Shown here one piece after another: positions 41,262 through 50,452 of a stretch of DNA of 64,000 bases. Origin of the DNA: Promethearchaeota archaeon (lineage in GTDB: Archaea; Asgardarchaeota; Hermodarchaeia; Hermodarchaeales; Hermodarchaeaceae); the NCBI GenBank assembly GCA_048938385.1, contig JBHLMG010000001.1, positions 192,001-256,000 of the forward strand. Direction: 5' to 3'. How positions within the stretch are numbered: position 1 is the stretch's first letter; each line of letters begins with the position of its first letter. Both the position numbers and the translations under genes were made by a program. The notes beneath the pieces were generated by a model. That model was not told the origin of the DNA and searched no databases. It saw nothing but the letters and a program-made list of their open reading frames with translations.

Positions 41262-41543
41262 ATGCAGGTTGTTGTTCGAACAATCGGACCATTTACTGAA
41301 ACTTTAGGCTTTCACCAGATTACTCTAGCCCTGAAAGGACATACTGTACAAGACCTCCTACAACAACTCTGTACAGAACGCGGAAAGGGATTCTGTAATG
41401 CAGTTTTTGATGAAAAGGGAAAACTCCGTCGTTATATCAAACTCCTTGTGAATGGGCGCGGGTTGCATGTGTTACAGGGATTGGATACACCATTATCCGA
41501 TGGGGATGTCATCGCAATATTTCCACCCGTCGCCGGAGGCTAA
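41262..41543 (+). CDS. MoaD/SAMP1-like ubiquitin-fold sulfur carrier, copy A
   Basis: LVNGR, LSDGDVIAIFPPVAGG with C-terminal GG. Confidence 0.9.
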   Translation: MQVVVRTIGPFTETLGFHQITLALKGHTVQDLLQQLCTERGKGFCNAVFDEKGKLRRYIKLLVNGRGLHVLQGLDTPLSDGDVIAIFPPVAGG

Positions 41544-42871
41544 AGGGTGATTCCTAATTTCTCCCAGAGGACTGGAACAACACGATTCAAGGCTTTTTCA
41601 ACCATTTCTGGCTTAATTGTCACTACTTGATGATTATTCACAATATGTTTGCCATTTACAAAGACATGCTCAACATCATGAGCGGTGCATCCATAGACGA
41701 TGTATCCATAGACTCCGGCGGGTAATATTGGGGTGACTCGTGGCTTGGGGTGAAGGATGACGATATCGGCGCGCTTCCCTGGTTCGATGGATCCGAGTTG
41801 GTCGCTTAATCCATAAATCTGTGCACCGTTTATTGTTGCCATTTCAATGACTTGTTGTGGTGTTGTCACTCGAGGATCGAGGTGGTGGACTTTGTGAATG
41901 AGGTACGCCGTACGAATGTTTTCGATCGCGTCGAAGATAAACCCGTCATTGCCTAAACAGACCGGAATCCCAAGCTCGTACATCTCTCGGACTGGGGCGA
42001 CACCGACAGCATTGTTCATGTTGCTCATTGGATTATGCGCCACTGTGGCCCCACTACCCCGAATTAATTCGAGTTCATCGCGGTTGATGTGAACACAGTG
42101 GGCTAGCACTACATCAGAACCGAGTACTCCGAGGTCAAACAGGCGTTCAATAGTGCGTTTATCGTATCGTTCGATGTTATGATAGACATCGATAAGCCCT
42201 TCACTAGTATGGATAGTAATCGGTGCGTGCAGTTCATCTGCTTGGGTACGAGTTTTTTGAATTAATTCATCACTGAGCGTAAAGGAGGCATGCAGACTAT
42301 ACATGCCATTTAGCAGCTCATCTGGGTTTTGCTCCAGTTTCTTTAGGAACCTAATGTTCTCTTTTAGTCCCCGTTCGCCTTCCTCCTTGGAGTTGCGTTC
42401 TGTCGCTTCAAAACCAAGGATGCCACGAATACCGACCTCCCTTACTCCCTTTGCTATTGCGTCTAATACCCCTTCTATTGAGTTAGGTCCTGAATATGTA
42501 TCGGCAAAACATGTTGTGCCACTTTTAACAAACTCGTAACATGAAGCTAAGGCGCTAGCATTAGCATCTTCATTTACGAAAGCGGTATCAACTTTCCACC
42601 AAATCCGGTCTAATATTTGTAAAAAATCCGTAGTGGGTTTAATATCGAGGGGTGCCCCTCGGAGCATTATTCCATAGAGATGCGTGTGCCCACAAATGAA
42701 CCCTGGCAAAACTATGCGGCCACGGCCATCAATTTCGTGATCGGCTCTATCCTTGATGTTTTTCCCGATTTTAGCGATCATCGAATCTTCAACAAGAACA
42801 TCGGTATTTTCTAGCACTTGCCGGTGTGCATTCATCGTTACGACGAGTGCGTTTCGAATCAGAATTTTCAT
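41540..42871 (-). CDS. ssnA: SsnA-like amidohydrolase
   Basis: GHTHLYG, DFLQILDRIWWKVD, GFEATERN, ENIRF, HASFT and HNPMSNMNNAVG match SsnA signature segments (from memory of the family). Confidence 0.82.
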   Translation of the reverse strand: MKILIRNALVVTMNAHRQVLENTDVLVEDSMIAKIGKNIKDRADHEIDGRGRIVLPGFICGHTHLYGIMLRGAPLDIKPTTDFLQILDRIWWKVDTAFVNEDANASALASCYEFVKSGTTCFADTYSGPNSIEGVLDAIAKGVREVGIRGILGFEATERNSKEEGERGLKENIRFLKKLEQNPDELLNGMYSLHASFTLSDELIQKTRTQADELHAPITIHTSEGLIDVYHNIERYDKRTIERLFDLGVLGSDVVLAHCVHINRDELELIRGSGATVAHNPMSNMNNAVGVAPVREMYELGIPVCLGNDGFIFDAIENIRTAYLIHKVHHLDPRVTTPQQVIEMATINGAQIYGLSDQLGSIEPGKRADIVILHPKPRVTPILPAGVYGYIVYGCTAHDVEHVFVNGKHIVNNHQVVTIKPEMVEKALNRVVPVLWEKLGITL

Positions 42872-42977
42872 GATAGCCCAACTCAAAGGATTAGAAAGAG
42901 GCTGAATTTCAGAAACTCTAGATAGTTGAGCAAGCCTTTAAGCCTTCCAATCCTCTTTTTTCTGGGCGTGTGTTTTC

Positions 42978-43475
42978 ATGAACAAATCACCCAACAAAGT
43001 TCTGGTCGTTGATCCAGAGAAATGCACAGGTTGTGGCATCTGTTCTCTCGTGTGTTCCTTTCGGCATACTCAAGAATACAATCCCGCACGAGCGCTACTT
43101 ACGATTATTCGAGATGAAAAGCACGGAATCAACATACCTGTCATTTGTCAGCATTGCGATGTACCGCTGTGTATGGAAAGCTGCCCGGCAGATGCAATAT
43201 TTCGTGATACCGAAACTAATGCTGTCTGTATCAACCAAACAAATTGTATTGGTTGCCATCAATGTCTAGTTGCCTGTCCATTTGGAGGAATCCATATCGA
43301 TCCTGCAGATGGACGCACAGTGAAATGCGACCTTTGTGAAGGTTATGCTATGTGCGCCCAATTTTGTCCCAGAGGAGCGTTGCTATATTTAAAGCCGGAC
43401 GAATTGACCGCTCGGCTTCGAGAGAAGGGGATTAAACGCGCTGCGGAATATCTTCATGTAATTACGAGGAAGTGA
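42978..43475 (+). CDS. Four-cluster 4Fe-4S electron-transfer subunit (DmsB/CooF-like)
   Basis: CTGCGICSLVC, CQHC..C..CP, CIGCHQC..CP, KCDLC..C..CP; 4 bp before the AOR gene. Confidence 0.92.
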   Translation: MNKSPNKVLVVDPEKCTGCGICSLVCSFRHTQEYNPARALLTIIRDEKHGINIPVICQHCDVPLCMESCPADAIFRDTETNAVCINQTNCIGCHQCLVACPFGGIHIDPADGRTVKCDLCEGYAMCAQFCPRGALLYLKPDELTARLREKGIKRAAEYLHVITRK

Positions 43476-43479
43476 AAAA

Positions 43480-45417
43480 ATGAGTGAAAATCACCCATAT
43501 TATGGTTATGCCGGTCGTATTGCGGAAGTCGATTTAACGAAATCCGAGGTGAAAATCACGCCCTTAGACCGAGATTTTGCCCGAAAATATCTCGGCGGAA
43601 CTGGGTTTGCGGCTCGGATCTTGTGGGATCGAGTGAAACCATCGACTGAGCCCCTCGATCCTGATAATCCCTTATTTTTCGGCATCGGACCAGTTACAGG
43701 CGCTTTCTTTTCACCCTCTGGGCGTTTTATGGTTGCCTATAAATCTCCTCTCACAGGGTTTTGGGGTGAAGCCCACTGTGGAGGCCATTGGGGACCCCAA
43801 CTCAAGTATGCTGGCTTTGATGCACTAGTTATTCAAGGAAAGGCATCATCACCAGTCTATCTCATGGTCCAGGACAAAGCTGTTTACATTCGTGATGCCG
43901 ACCACTTGTGGGGGCGTGACACCATGGAAACCACCGATACGATACGCGAGCTACACGGAGATAATGACATTGAGGTTGCAGCTATCGGAATAGGCGGAGA
44001 GAACCTCGTTCGGTATGCAGCCATAATCGGCTCTTATTATCGAGCTGCAGGTCGGGGAGGTGCGGGCGCGGTCATGGGCAGCAAGAATCTGAAAGCCGTG
44101 GCTGTCCGTGGGCTGGGAGGAGTCAAGGTGGCAAATCCCGGGAAGTTCATGGCTGCGGCTCGGAAAGCTTACAACCAGATGACCACTGGAAAATGGGGCG
44201 AGATGAATGAGGAATCTCTGGGAAAATATGGGACTACAAACCTCGTGACAGCAATTGGTGAAATCGGACGGCTTCCAACAAAGAATCACACGACAGGTGT
44301 GTTCGAAGATGCTGATGCTATTGGACCTGAAACAATTCGCCAAAAATACCGGACAAGCCGCGAATCGTGTTTTGGTTGTGCGTTACAATGCAAATTCACA
44401 TCTGAGGTTAAATCAGGTCCTTATCAAGTAATTACAGGAGGTCCTGAGTATGAAACACTCATGGCCTTCGGTAGTAATTGCCTGAATAGCAACATTGAAT
44501 CAATTCTGTACGCAAACCAGTTATGCAATAGGTATGGTCTAGACACAATCAGCACTGGCTGTACTATCGCCTTTCTTTTTGAAGCAGCCGAAAACGGCAT
44601 CATTACGCCAAATGAAGTAGGTGGACTTGACCTCTCTTGGGGTAATGATAAAACCATTATTGCTCTCGTCGAAAAAATTGCACACCGAAAAGGGATTGGA
44701 GACCTACTCGCTGAGGGATCATTACGCGTGGCACAAAAAATAGGTAAGGGTGCCGAACGGTTTGCTATCCATGTAAAAGGTATGGAGGCTTCTGGGCAGG
44801 ATCCACGGCCACAACAAAGCGTTGGCCTTACATACGCGACCAATGTACGCGGTGCCGATCATTTAAGGAGCCTCAGCTGCTATGAGGAGTTGGGTTTTCC
44901 GGATGTCGCAATAGAACGATTCGGAGAGGACCATGCTACTGAAGTCATGGATTTGCATACTACTAGCTTCAAAGGACATCTCATCAAGGATCAAGAGGAC
45001 CTGTACGTACTCGTTGATAGCATCATTCTTTGCAAGTACGGGACAATGTGGCCTCCTGTCTATTACTTTGATATCATGGCAGAAATGCTCAAACCCCTAA
45101 CTGGTTTTGACGAATTCAGTGAGGTACAACGACTTCGACTGGTTGCGGAGCGCATTAGTAATCTTAGGCGTTGTTTTAATGTCCGCGAAGGGGCAACACG
45201 CAAGAACGAACAGCTCCATCCCCGGTTTACCGAGGAGCCAATGCCTGAAGGGCCTGGCAAAGGGCGTGTCTGTAATCTAGATCCCATGCTTGACGAATAC
45301 TATGAAGTGAGAAACTGGACAAAAGAAGGACTCCCAAGGCGTTCCGAATTAAAACGGCTTGGTTTAGAAGATGTTGCTGATGAATTGGCAAAAACAGGAA
45401 AGGTGGTAGACGAATAA
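43480..45417 (+). CDS. Tungsten aldehyde:ferredoxin oxidoreductase family (AOR/WOR), copy A
   Basis: KSPLTG, GAVMGSKNLKA, CFGCALQC, GPEYET, YGLDTIS, RGADHL, LDEYY..R.W. Confidence 0.95.
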   Translation: MSENHPYYGYAGRIAEVDLTKSEVKITPLDRDFARKYLGGTGFAARILWDRVKPSTEPLDPDNPLFFGIGPVTGAFFSPSGRFMVAYKSPLTGFWGEAHCGGHWGPQLKYAGFDALVIQGKASSPVYLMVQDKAVYIRDADHLWGRDTMETTDTIRELHGDNDIEVAAIGIGGENLVRYAAIIGSYYRAAGRGGAGAVMGSKNLKAVAVRGLGGVKVANPGKFMAAARKAYNQMTTGKWGEMNEESLGKYGTTNLVTAIGEIGRLPTKNHTTGVFEDADAIGPETIRQKYRTSRESCFGCALQCKFTSEVKSGPYQVITGGPEYETLMAFGSNCLNSNIESILYANQLCNRYGLDTISTGCTIAFLFEAAENGIITPNEVGGLDLSWGNDKTIIALVEKIAHRKGIGDLLAEGSLRVAQKIGKGAERFAIHVKGMEASGQDPRPQQSVGLTYATNVRGADHLRSLSCYEELGFPDVAIERFGEDHATEVMDLHTTSFKGHLIKDQEDLYVLVDSIILCKYGTMWPPVYYFDIMAEMLKPLTGFDEFSEVQRLRLVAERISNLRRCFNVREGATRKNEQLHPRFTEEPMPEGPGKGRVCNLDPMLDEYYEVRNWTKEGLPRRSELKRLGLEDVADELAKTGKVVDE

Positions 45418-46604
45418 TGGCAGTGGATTTAAGCGTAAATATTGCGGGGATTCCTCTTCGTAATCCCGTTCTTACGGCTGCTGGACCCACAAGTCGTGAT
45501 GGTGAAACACTCGTCAAAGCCGCTAGAGGTGGGGTAGGCGGTTTAGTGGCGAAAACCATTAGCGTGAAACCTGCCGCAGTTCCCCGACCTAACATGCAGA
45601 CACTCGACAGAGGACAAAGCCAATGGTTGCTTGCGACAGCAATGCAACATCAAGTAGTACACCTTGAACGTATCAAGGTTCGTGGTGCTTACGGGTTACT
45701 AAATCATGAATTATGGAGCGATAAGCATTATCAAAAATGGCTCGATCACGAATATCCTCGTGCAAAGGAAACCGGCCTATCGCTCATCGCCTCGGTCGGA
45801 TATACACCCGAAGAACTAGCAAAGCTTGCCCCCCTCGTTCAAAAGGCTGGTGTCGATGGAATTGAGTTCAGCACCCATTATCTCGAAACGGACCCCAAAG
45901 TCTTTAATGAAGTAGCGAAAACGCTGCAAGAGGCGGTAGATATTCCGATTTTTGCTAAGATGAGTCCCCATGTGAAGGATTTAACCATCTTCACAAAAGC
46001 GGTGGATCGGTATGTGGATGGTTTTGTCGCCATCAATACACTTGGACCGTGTCTTCACATTGACATAGAAACAGGTCGTCCTTTACTTGGTGGACCGGGT
46101 GGGGTTGGATGGCTTTCAGGACCGGCTATAAAACCACTTGCAGTTCGGTGCGTTGCTGACATCGCTCAGGGCACATCCAAACCAGTTGTCGCTGTAGGTG
46201 GTGTTAGCACTGGAGCTGATGCCATTGAGTTCTTTATGGTTGGAGCTTCAGCAGTTCAAGTTTGTACTGCTGCCATCCTCGAAGGGCATTCAGTTTACGG
46301 GCGTATTGCTAGAGAGATCGCAGCATTCCTTGAGTTGCATGATAAAGCATCGCCTGAAGATATTCGAGGACAAGCGTTGAAGCATTTACCAAGAGACACA
46401 CTGCGTGTTGAAAGCCTTCCCCCAACAGTGAATGAAGAATCCTGCTCTGGCTGTGGGTTATGCACTACATCCTGCACATATTCAGCAATTTCTGTCAATC
46501 CAGAAACGACAAAGGCTCAAGTAGACTCTAACCTGTGTTATGGGTGTGGTGTGTGTGTAAGTATCTGTCCTCACAGAGCCCTTTCTTTTAACCCATCAAA
46601 ATAA
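45417..46604 (+). CDS. FMN-dependent dihydroorotate/dihydropyrimidine dehydrogenase-like reductase with a C-terminal 2x[4Fe-4S] domain (PreA/YgfK-N-like)
   Basis: NPVLTAAGP, KTI, KMSP, AINT, LSGPAIKP, GGV, GASAVQVCT and two CxxCxxCxxxC motifs. The ELNxSCP loop is replaced by EFSTHY. Confidence 0.85.
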   Translation: MAVDLSVNIAGIPLRNPVLTAAGPTSRDGETLVKAARGGVGGLVAKTISVKPAAVPRPNMQTLDRGQSQWLLATAMQHQVVHLERIKVRGAYGLLNHELWSDKHYQKWLDHEYPRAKETGLSLIASVGYTPEELAKLAPLVQKAGVDGIEFSTHYLETDPKVFNEVAKTLQEAVDIPIFAKMSPHVKDLTIFTKAVDRYVDGFVAINTLGPCLHIDIETGRPLLGGPGGVGWLSGPAIKPLAVRCVADIAQGTSKPVVAVGGVSTGADAIEFFMVGASAVQVCTAAILEGHSVYGRIAREIAAFLELHDKASPEDIRGQALKHLPRDTLRVESLPPTVNEESCSGCGLCTTSCTYSAISVNPETTKAQVDSNLCYGCGVCVSICPHRALSFNPSK

Positions 46605-46619
46605 GGTGAACTTGACGCG

Positions 46620-46907
46620 ATGTTAAAAAAACCAAAAGTTACCGTTCGTATGTTCACGAGCCTCCGAGCCTTAACAGGAACCAGAGAAACGGAATTGGAA
46701 GCATCTGATGTGCAAGAGGTCATTGATATTCTAGGTAACCGTTTTGGAGAGAAGTTTAACCAAATGCTACTTGAACCCGATGGGTCGTTAAAAAGATACT
46801 TCCATGTTCTCGTTAACGGACGGCACATTCGGCTTCAACAAGGGCTACAAACATGCCTCTCTGATGGTGATGTTGTAGCGATTTTTCCTCCGATTGGAGG
46901 AGGTTAG
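46620..46907 (+). CDS. MoaD/SAMP1-like protein, copy B
   Basis: LVNGR, LSDGDVVAIFPPIGGG. Confidence 0.9.
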   Translation: MLKKPKVTVRMFTSLRALTGTRETELEASDVQEVIDILGNRFGEKFNQMLLEPDGSLKRYFHVLVNGRHIRLQQGLQTCLSDGDVVAIFPPIGGG

Positions 46908-46920
46908 CTAAACAGCTTGC

Positions 46921-47691
46921 TTACACTTTCTTTGCTTTGCGTATTGCTGTAATTGTTTCTCTTAGGGCTTTACCTTTGTCCCGTAAGATATTTCGTTCAA
47001 TGACTGTTCCCTGAACGATAATATTCGCTCCTGCTTTAGATACAGCTGCAGCTTGTGAAGGCGTGTTGATTCCTCCCCCCACAGCGAGAGGGGTGTCTAA
47101 TTTACTAGCTACCGCTTTTACCATTGGCAGGGGGACTGCGTTTTCAACACCTGATCCTGCTTCGAGGTAAATTAATTGAAATCCCATGTATTGGGCTGCG
47201 AGTGCGTATCCAAGGGCGATTTCGGGCTTGTCTCTAGGAATCAGACGTGCATCACCGACATATCCTGCAGTACCTCCTGGCTGAACAATAAGGTAAGCCA
47301 TTGATATCGGTTCTAAGTTAAACCCCTTGATGTACCGAGCTGCCAAGGTTTGAGCATCAATCATCCAATAGGTTGTTCGTGAGTTCAACAAACTCATGAA
47401 AAAAACAGCGTCTGCATTTCGAGACAGACCTGATACATTTCCTGGAAAGAGAATAACGGGGATATCTACTTGTTCTTTGATTCTTGTGAGAGTTTCATCA
47501 ACAATCCCTAAAGCTGTAGACCCTCCAACCATTATACCATTTGTACCAGCGGCTTCAGCAAAATGAGCGATTTGAGCCGCTTCTGTGGAGGATTGTTTTG
47601 CAGAGTCAGGATCAATAAGGGTGAGATGAACCACTCTCTCTTTTTGAAGAGTATTAAGAATCGTTTTCCAGGTAGGACCCATAGCAGTCAT
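46921..47691 (-). CDS. Geranylgeranylglyceryl phosphate synthase
   Basis: LTLIDPD, IMVGGS, LFPG, FFMSLLNS, YLEAGSG, VGGGI. Confidence 0.93.
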   Translation of the reverse strand: MTAMGPTWKTILNTLQKERVVHLTLIDPDSAKQSSTEAAQIAHFAEAAGTNGIMVGGSTALGIVDETLTRIKEQVDIPVILFPGNVSGLSRNADAVFFMSLLNSRTTYWMIDAQTLAARYIKGFNLEPISMAYLIVQPGGTAGYVGDARLIPRDKPEIALGYALAAQYMGFQLIYLEAGSGVENAVPLPMVKAVASKLDTPLAVGGGINTPSQAAAVSKAGANIIVQGTVIERNILRDKGKALRETITAIRKAKKV

Positions 47692-47737
47692 TTTTCCACC
47701 CTAATTTGATGCATGAGGTCTTGGACTTTTAAGTATG

Positions 47738-48415
47738 CTACCGTTGAGCCAAGATTTTAGCAATTCCTGGGAAAACCTGTGCAGTTCGCTTATCCCAGTC
47801 CACAGTGACCATTTTGCGCAATTCGAACCAGCGAAGGTAGCTTTGTACTTTCATTTCTGTTGTTCTGAGATTTTTCGCCAAATCAATAAAGGATATTTTT
47901 CCACTCGTCCCGAAGGCTCGTAATATGGGACTCCATTCATAGGTGATGAGCATCACCATGGCTGGAAGTAACTTCTCCAGGTTATACTTGGATTTACAGC
48001 TAATTGGAATGATTGGAACTCCGACCATGAAACTCAAATCATGGCGAATCCGTTCAGGACTTCGAGCCGCACTCAAATCTTGCTTGTTAGCTACTACGAT
48101 ACAGGGAACATTCGGAAGTAAGTCGCTGATTTCAGTCCAAATGTATCGAGCTTCCCCGTCTCCCTCCGGATTACTTGCATCAACCACAAATAGAATTCCA
48201 TCTGCCCCCTCCGAAATAATACGGCGTAAGACTTTGAACCTTACTAGCCCGGGCGTTCCGAATAGTCGAATAGGAACCTGGTGAACCTCTGCCACACCGT
48301 GATCAAGACCAACAGTTGTGCCATTTGCTTGAATATTAATGACCTTACCCTTAGCTAGGCGTTCGATTAATGTGCTTTTTCCAGAAACATGAGGCCCTGT
48401 CACCAGCACTTTCAC
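47738..48415 (-). CDS. MglA/CvnD-like small GTPase with a C-terminal winged-helix-like extension
   Basis: G1 GPHVSGKST, TTVGLDHG, FGTPGLVRF, G4 NKQD, G5 SCK; C-terminal ISFIDLAKNL...VQSYLRWFELRKMV. Confidence 0.85.
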   Translation of the reverse strand: MKVLVTGPHVSGKSTLIERLAKGKVINIQANGTTVGLDHGVAEVHQVPIRLFGTPGLVRFKVLRRIISEGADGILFVVDASNPEGDGEARYIWTEISDLLPNVPCIVVANKQDLSAARSPERIRHDLSFMVGVPIIPISCKSKYNLEKLLPAMVMLITYEWSPILRAFGTSGKISFIDLAKNLRTTEMKVQSYLRWFELRKMVTVDWDKRTAQVFPGIAKILAQR

Positions 48416-48526
48416 AGTAATTCAGCTCCGTAAGTAGGGCAGGTGCTTGCTCCTAATTATCCCCGGATAAGACTCATTCTTGTAAGACTTCATTTAAACC
48501 TTGCTTATCAAGAGTTGTCACAATTT

Positions 48527-50452
48527 TCATTCCGGCAGTTCGATCCCCTGAGTAGTAAGATCGCGCACTACATCCTTAAGTCCCACACGCTCAAGGGTTT
48601 GCTTAGTTGGCAGCCCATCTCTTAACCGCCAACCTCGCTGTTCATAGTATTCATCCAGCATTTGGTCAAGTTCAACTACTTGGCCCTTTGACGGTCCCTC
48701 TGGGGCGGGTGTGTGGGTTAGTCGTCGTGGAAGCGCATCATCTTTTCGGCGAATCCCTTCTCGAACATTGAATCCGCGATTTAAGTTAACGATTCGCTCG
48801 CCAATTAATCGAAACTTGGCTTCTGTAAATTTTATTCCGACAGTCACATCAAAGGTCGCTACTACATCCTCGTAAAAGAGGACTGGGGGGATTAATGTTC
48901 CATACTTGCACACACCTAAAGATTCGACGACTGCACAAAAATCCTCGTTCTCCTTTACCATGACACCTTTATACTTCGGATTCAATCGGTCACCGATTTC
49001 AGGTAAATACGCTCTCCCATAACGAATACCTATCTCCTCATCAAACCCAACTTCATCCAGGACCGGGAAGGCATACAGATGGTCTGCACCCCGCGCTGCC
49101 GTCGCCGACGCTAAACCCATCGACTTTTGTGCACGAGGTTCTTGCCCTGCAATTTCTTGTTTCTTGCAGTGCATCACGAATTTCTCAGTTCCTCGACCAA
49201 TTTTTTGCGCGGCACGATAACTTCCTTCAGCCAGGATATCGCCGAACCCTTCACGCTTGGCAATCATGTGAATTAGTTTGATTATGGTTTTGTGGTTTCC
49301 CCAGCTCAAATCAATCCCACCAGTATCTTCAGCAGTAATTAATCCTTCATCCCAGGCTTCCATCGCCCAACTTATCGTAGCACCAGTTGAAATTGTGTCG
49401 AGTCCGTATAGATTCGAGATGTGATGTCCATACAATATTGATTCTAGGTTATCATTACCACAACGACTCCCTAGAGCTGCTTGGGATTCATATTCAGGGC
49501 TTCCACCACAATAGGCGTATGGACCAGTTTTGACGAGGGTGTATCTTCCACAGCGTTGTAAACAAGCGTAATCTGCCCTAGGCTTCACAAGGTACTGGTT
49601 CTTAATAGCTTCACCACTAATCTTTTGGTATTGAGCAAAAACTCCTGATCGCATGTTGTAACTAGGAAGTCGACCAATTTCTTGCATCAGTTCAACAAGA
49701 TTCGTCGTTCCGTACTTAGCCCGGCTCGCTGTAAAAGGACTATCCAACATTTTTTGGTGTAATTTTTCTATTACCTCAAGGTATCTGTCAGGTTTGGCTA
49801 TTGAAATATCTTGACTCCCACGGACAGCTACGGCTTTCAGATTCTTGCTCCCCATGACCGCCCCCAAGCCCGTTCTTGCTGCGGCACGATCATAATCGTT
49901 AATTATGGCTGCATAGCGAACGAGGTTCTCCCCAGCTTGACCAATGCATGAGACTCGAAGACCCGGATCACCTTGGTTTTCCTTAATTATCTCCTCTGTT
50001 TCGTTTGTATCTCGACCCCACAACTCCGTGGCATCTAACAGACGGGCAACACCGTTGTCAATGAATAAATACACAGGACTCCTTGCACGCCCTGTAACGA
50101 CGATAGCATCAAATCCAGCGAATTTTAATTCAGGTCCCCAATGCCCTGCTGAATGGGCTTCTCCAAAGATGCCTGTTAACGGGGATTTTGCGGCTACCAC
50201 ATAACGTGAAGCTTGGGGCCAAAGGGTTCCAGTAAAAGGTCCTGTTGCCCAAATCAGGACATTTTCGGGAGTGAGGGGATCTATTGAGGGTCCTACCTTG
50301 TCGTATAAAATTCTAGAAGCGAATCCTTGACCACCCAAGTAGGTAAGGGCGAACTCTCGGTCCAGTGGAATGGGCTTACAATGACCCTTTGTCATATCAA
50401 CATGTAATAGTTGTCCAGCATATCCACCAAGTTTTGTTTTCGACTTCGTCAT
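48527..50452 (-). CDS. Tungsten AOR/WOR family oxidoreductase, copy B
   Basis: KSPLTG, GAVMGSKNLKA, PEYES, YGLDTIS, RGADHL. The Fe-S motif reads DYACLQRC. Confidence 0.95.
   Translation of the reverse strand: MTKSKTKLGGYAGQLLHVDMTKGHCKPIPLDREFALTYLGGQGFASRILYDKVGPSIDPLTPENVLIWATGPFTGTLWPQASRYVVAAKSPLTGIFGEAHSAGHWGPELKFAGFDAIVVTGRARSPVYLFIDNGVARLLDATELWGRDTNETEEIIKENQGDPGLRVSCIGQAGENLVRYAAIINDYDRAAARTGLGAVMGSKNLKAVAVRGSQDISIAKPDRYLEVIEKLHQKMLDSPFTASRAKYGTTNLVELMQEIGRLPSYNMRSGVFAQYQKISGEAIKNQYLVKPRADYACLQRCGRYTLVKTGPYAYCGGSPEYESQAALGSRCGNDNLESILYGHHISNLYGLDTISTGATISWAMEAWDEGLITAEDTGGIDLSWGNHKTIIKLIHMIAKREGFGDILAEGSYRAAQKIGRGTEKFVMHCKKQEIAGQEPRAQKSMGLASATAARGADHLYAFPVLDEVGFDEEIGIRYGRAYLPEIGDRLNPKYKGVMVKENEDFCAVVESLGVCKYGTLIPPVLFYEDVVATFDVTVGIKFTEAKFRLIGERIVNLNRGFNVREGIRRKDDALPRRLTHTPAPEGPSKGQVVELDQMLDEYYEQRGWRLRDGLPTKQTLERVGLKDVVRDLTTQGIELPE

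Noticed and set aside
45417-46604. Calling it pyrD or preA
   Set aside because: The catalytic Cys loop is missing and there is no pyrK/preT partner, so no symbol is given.
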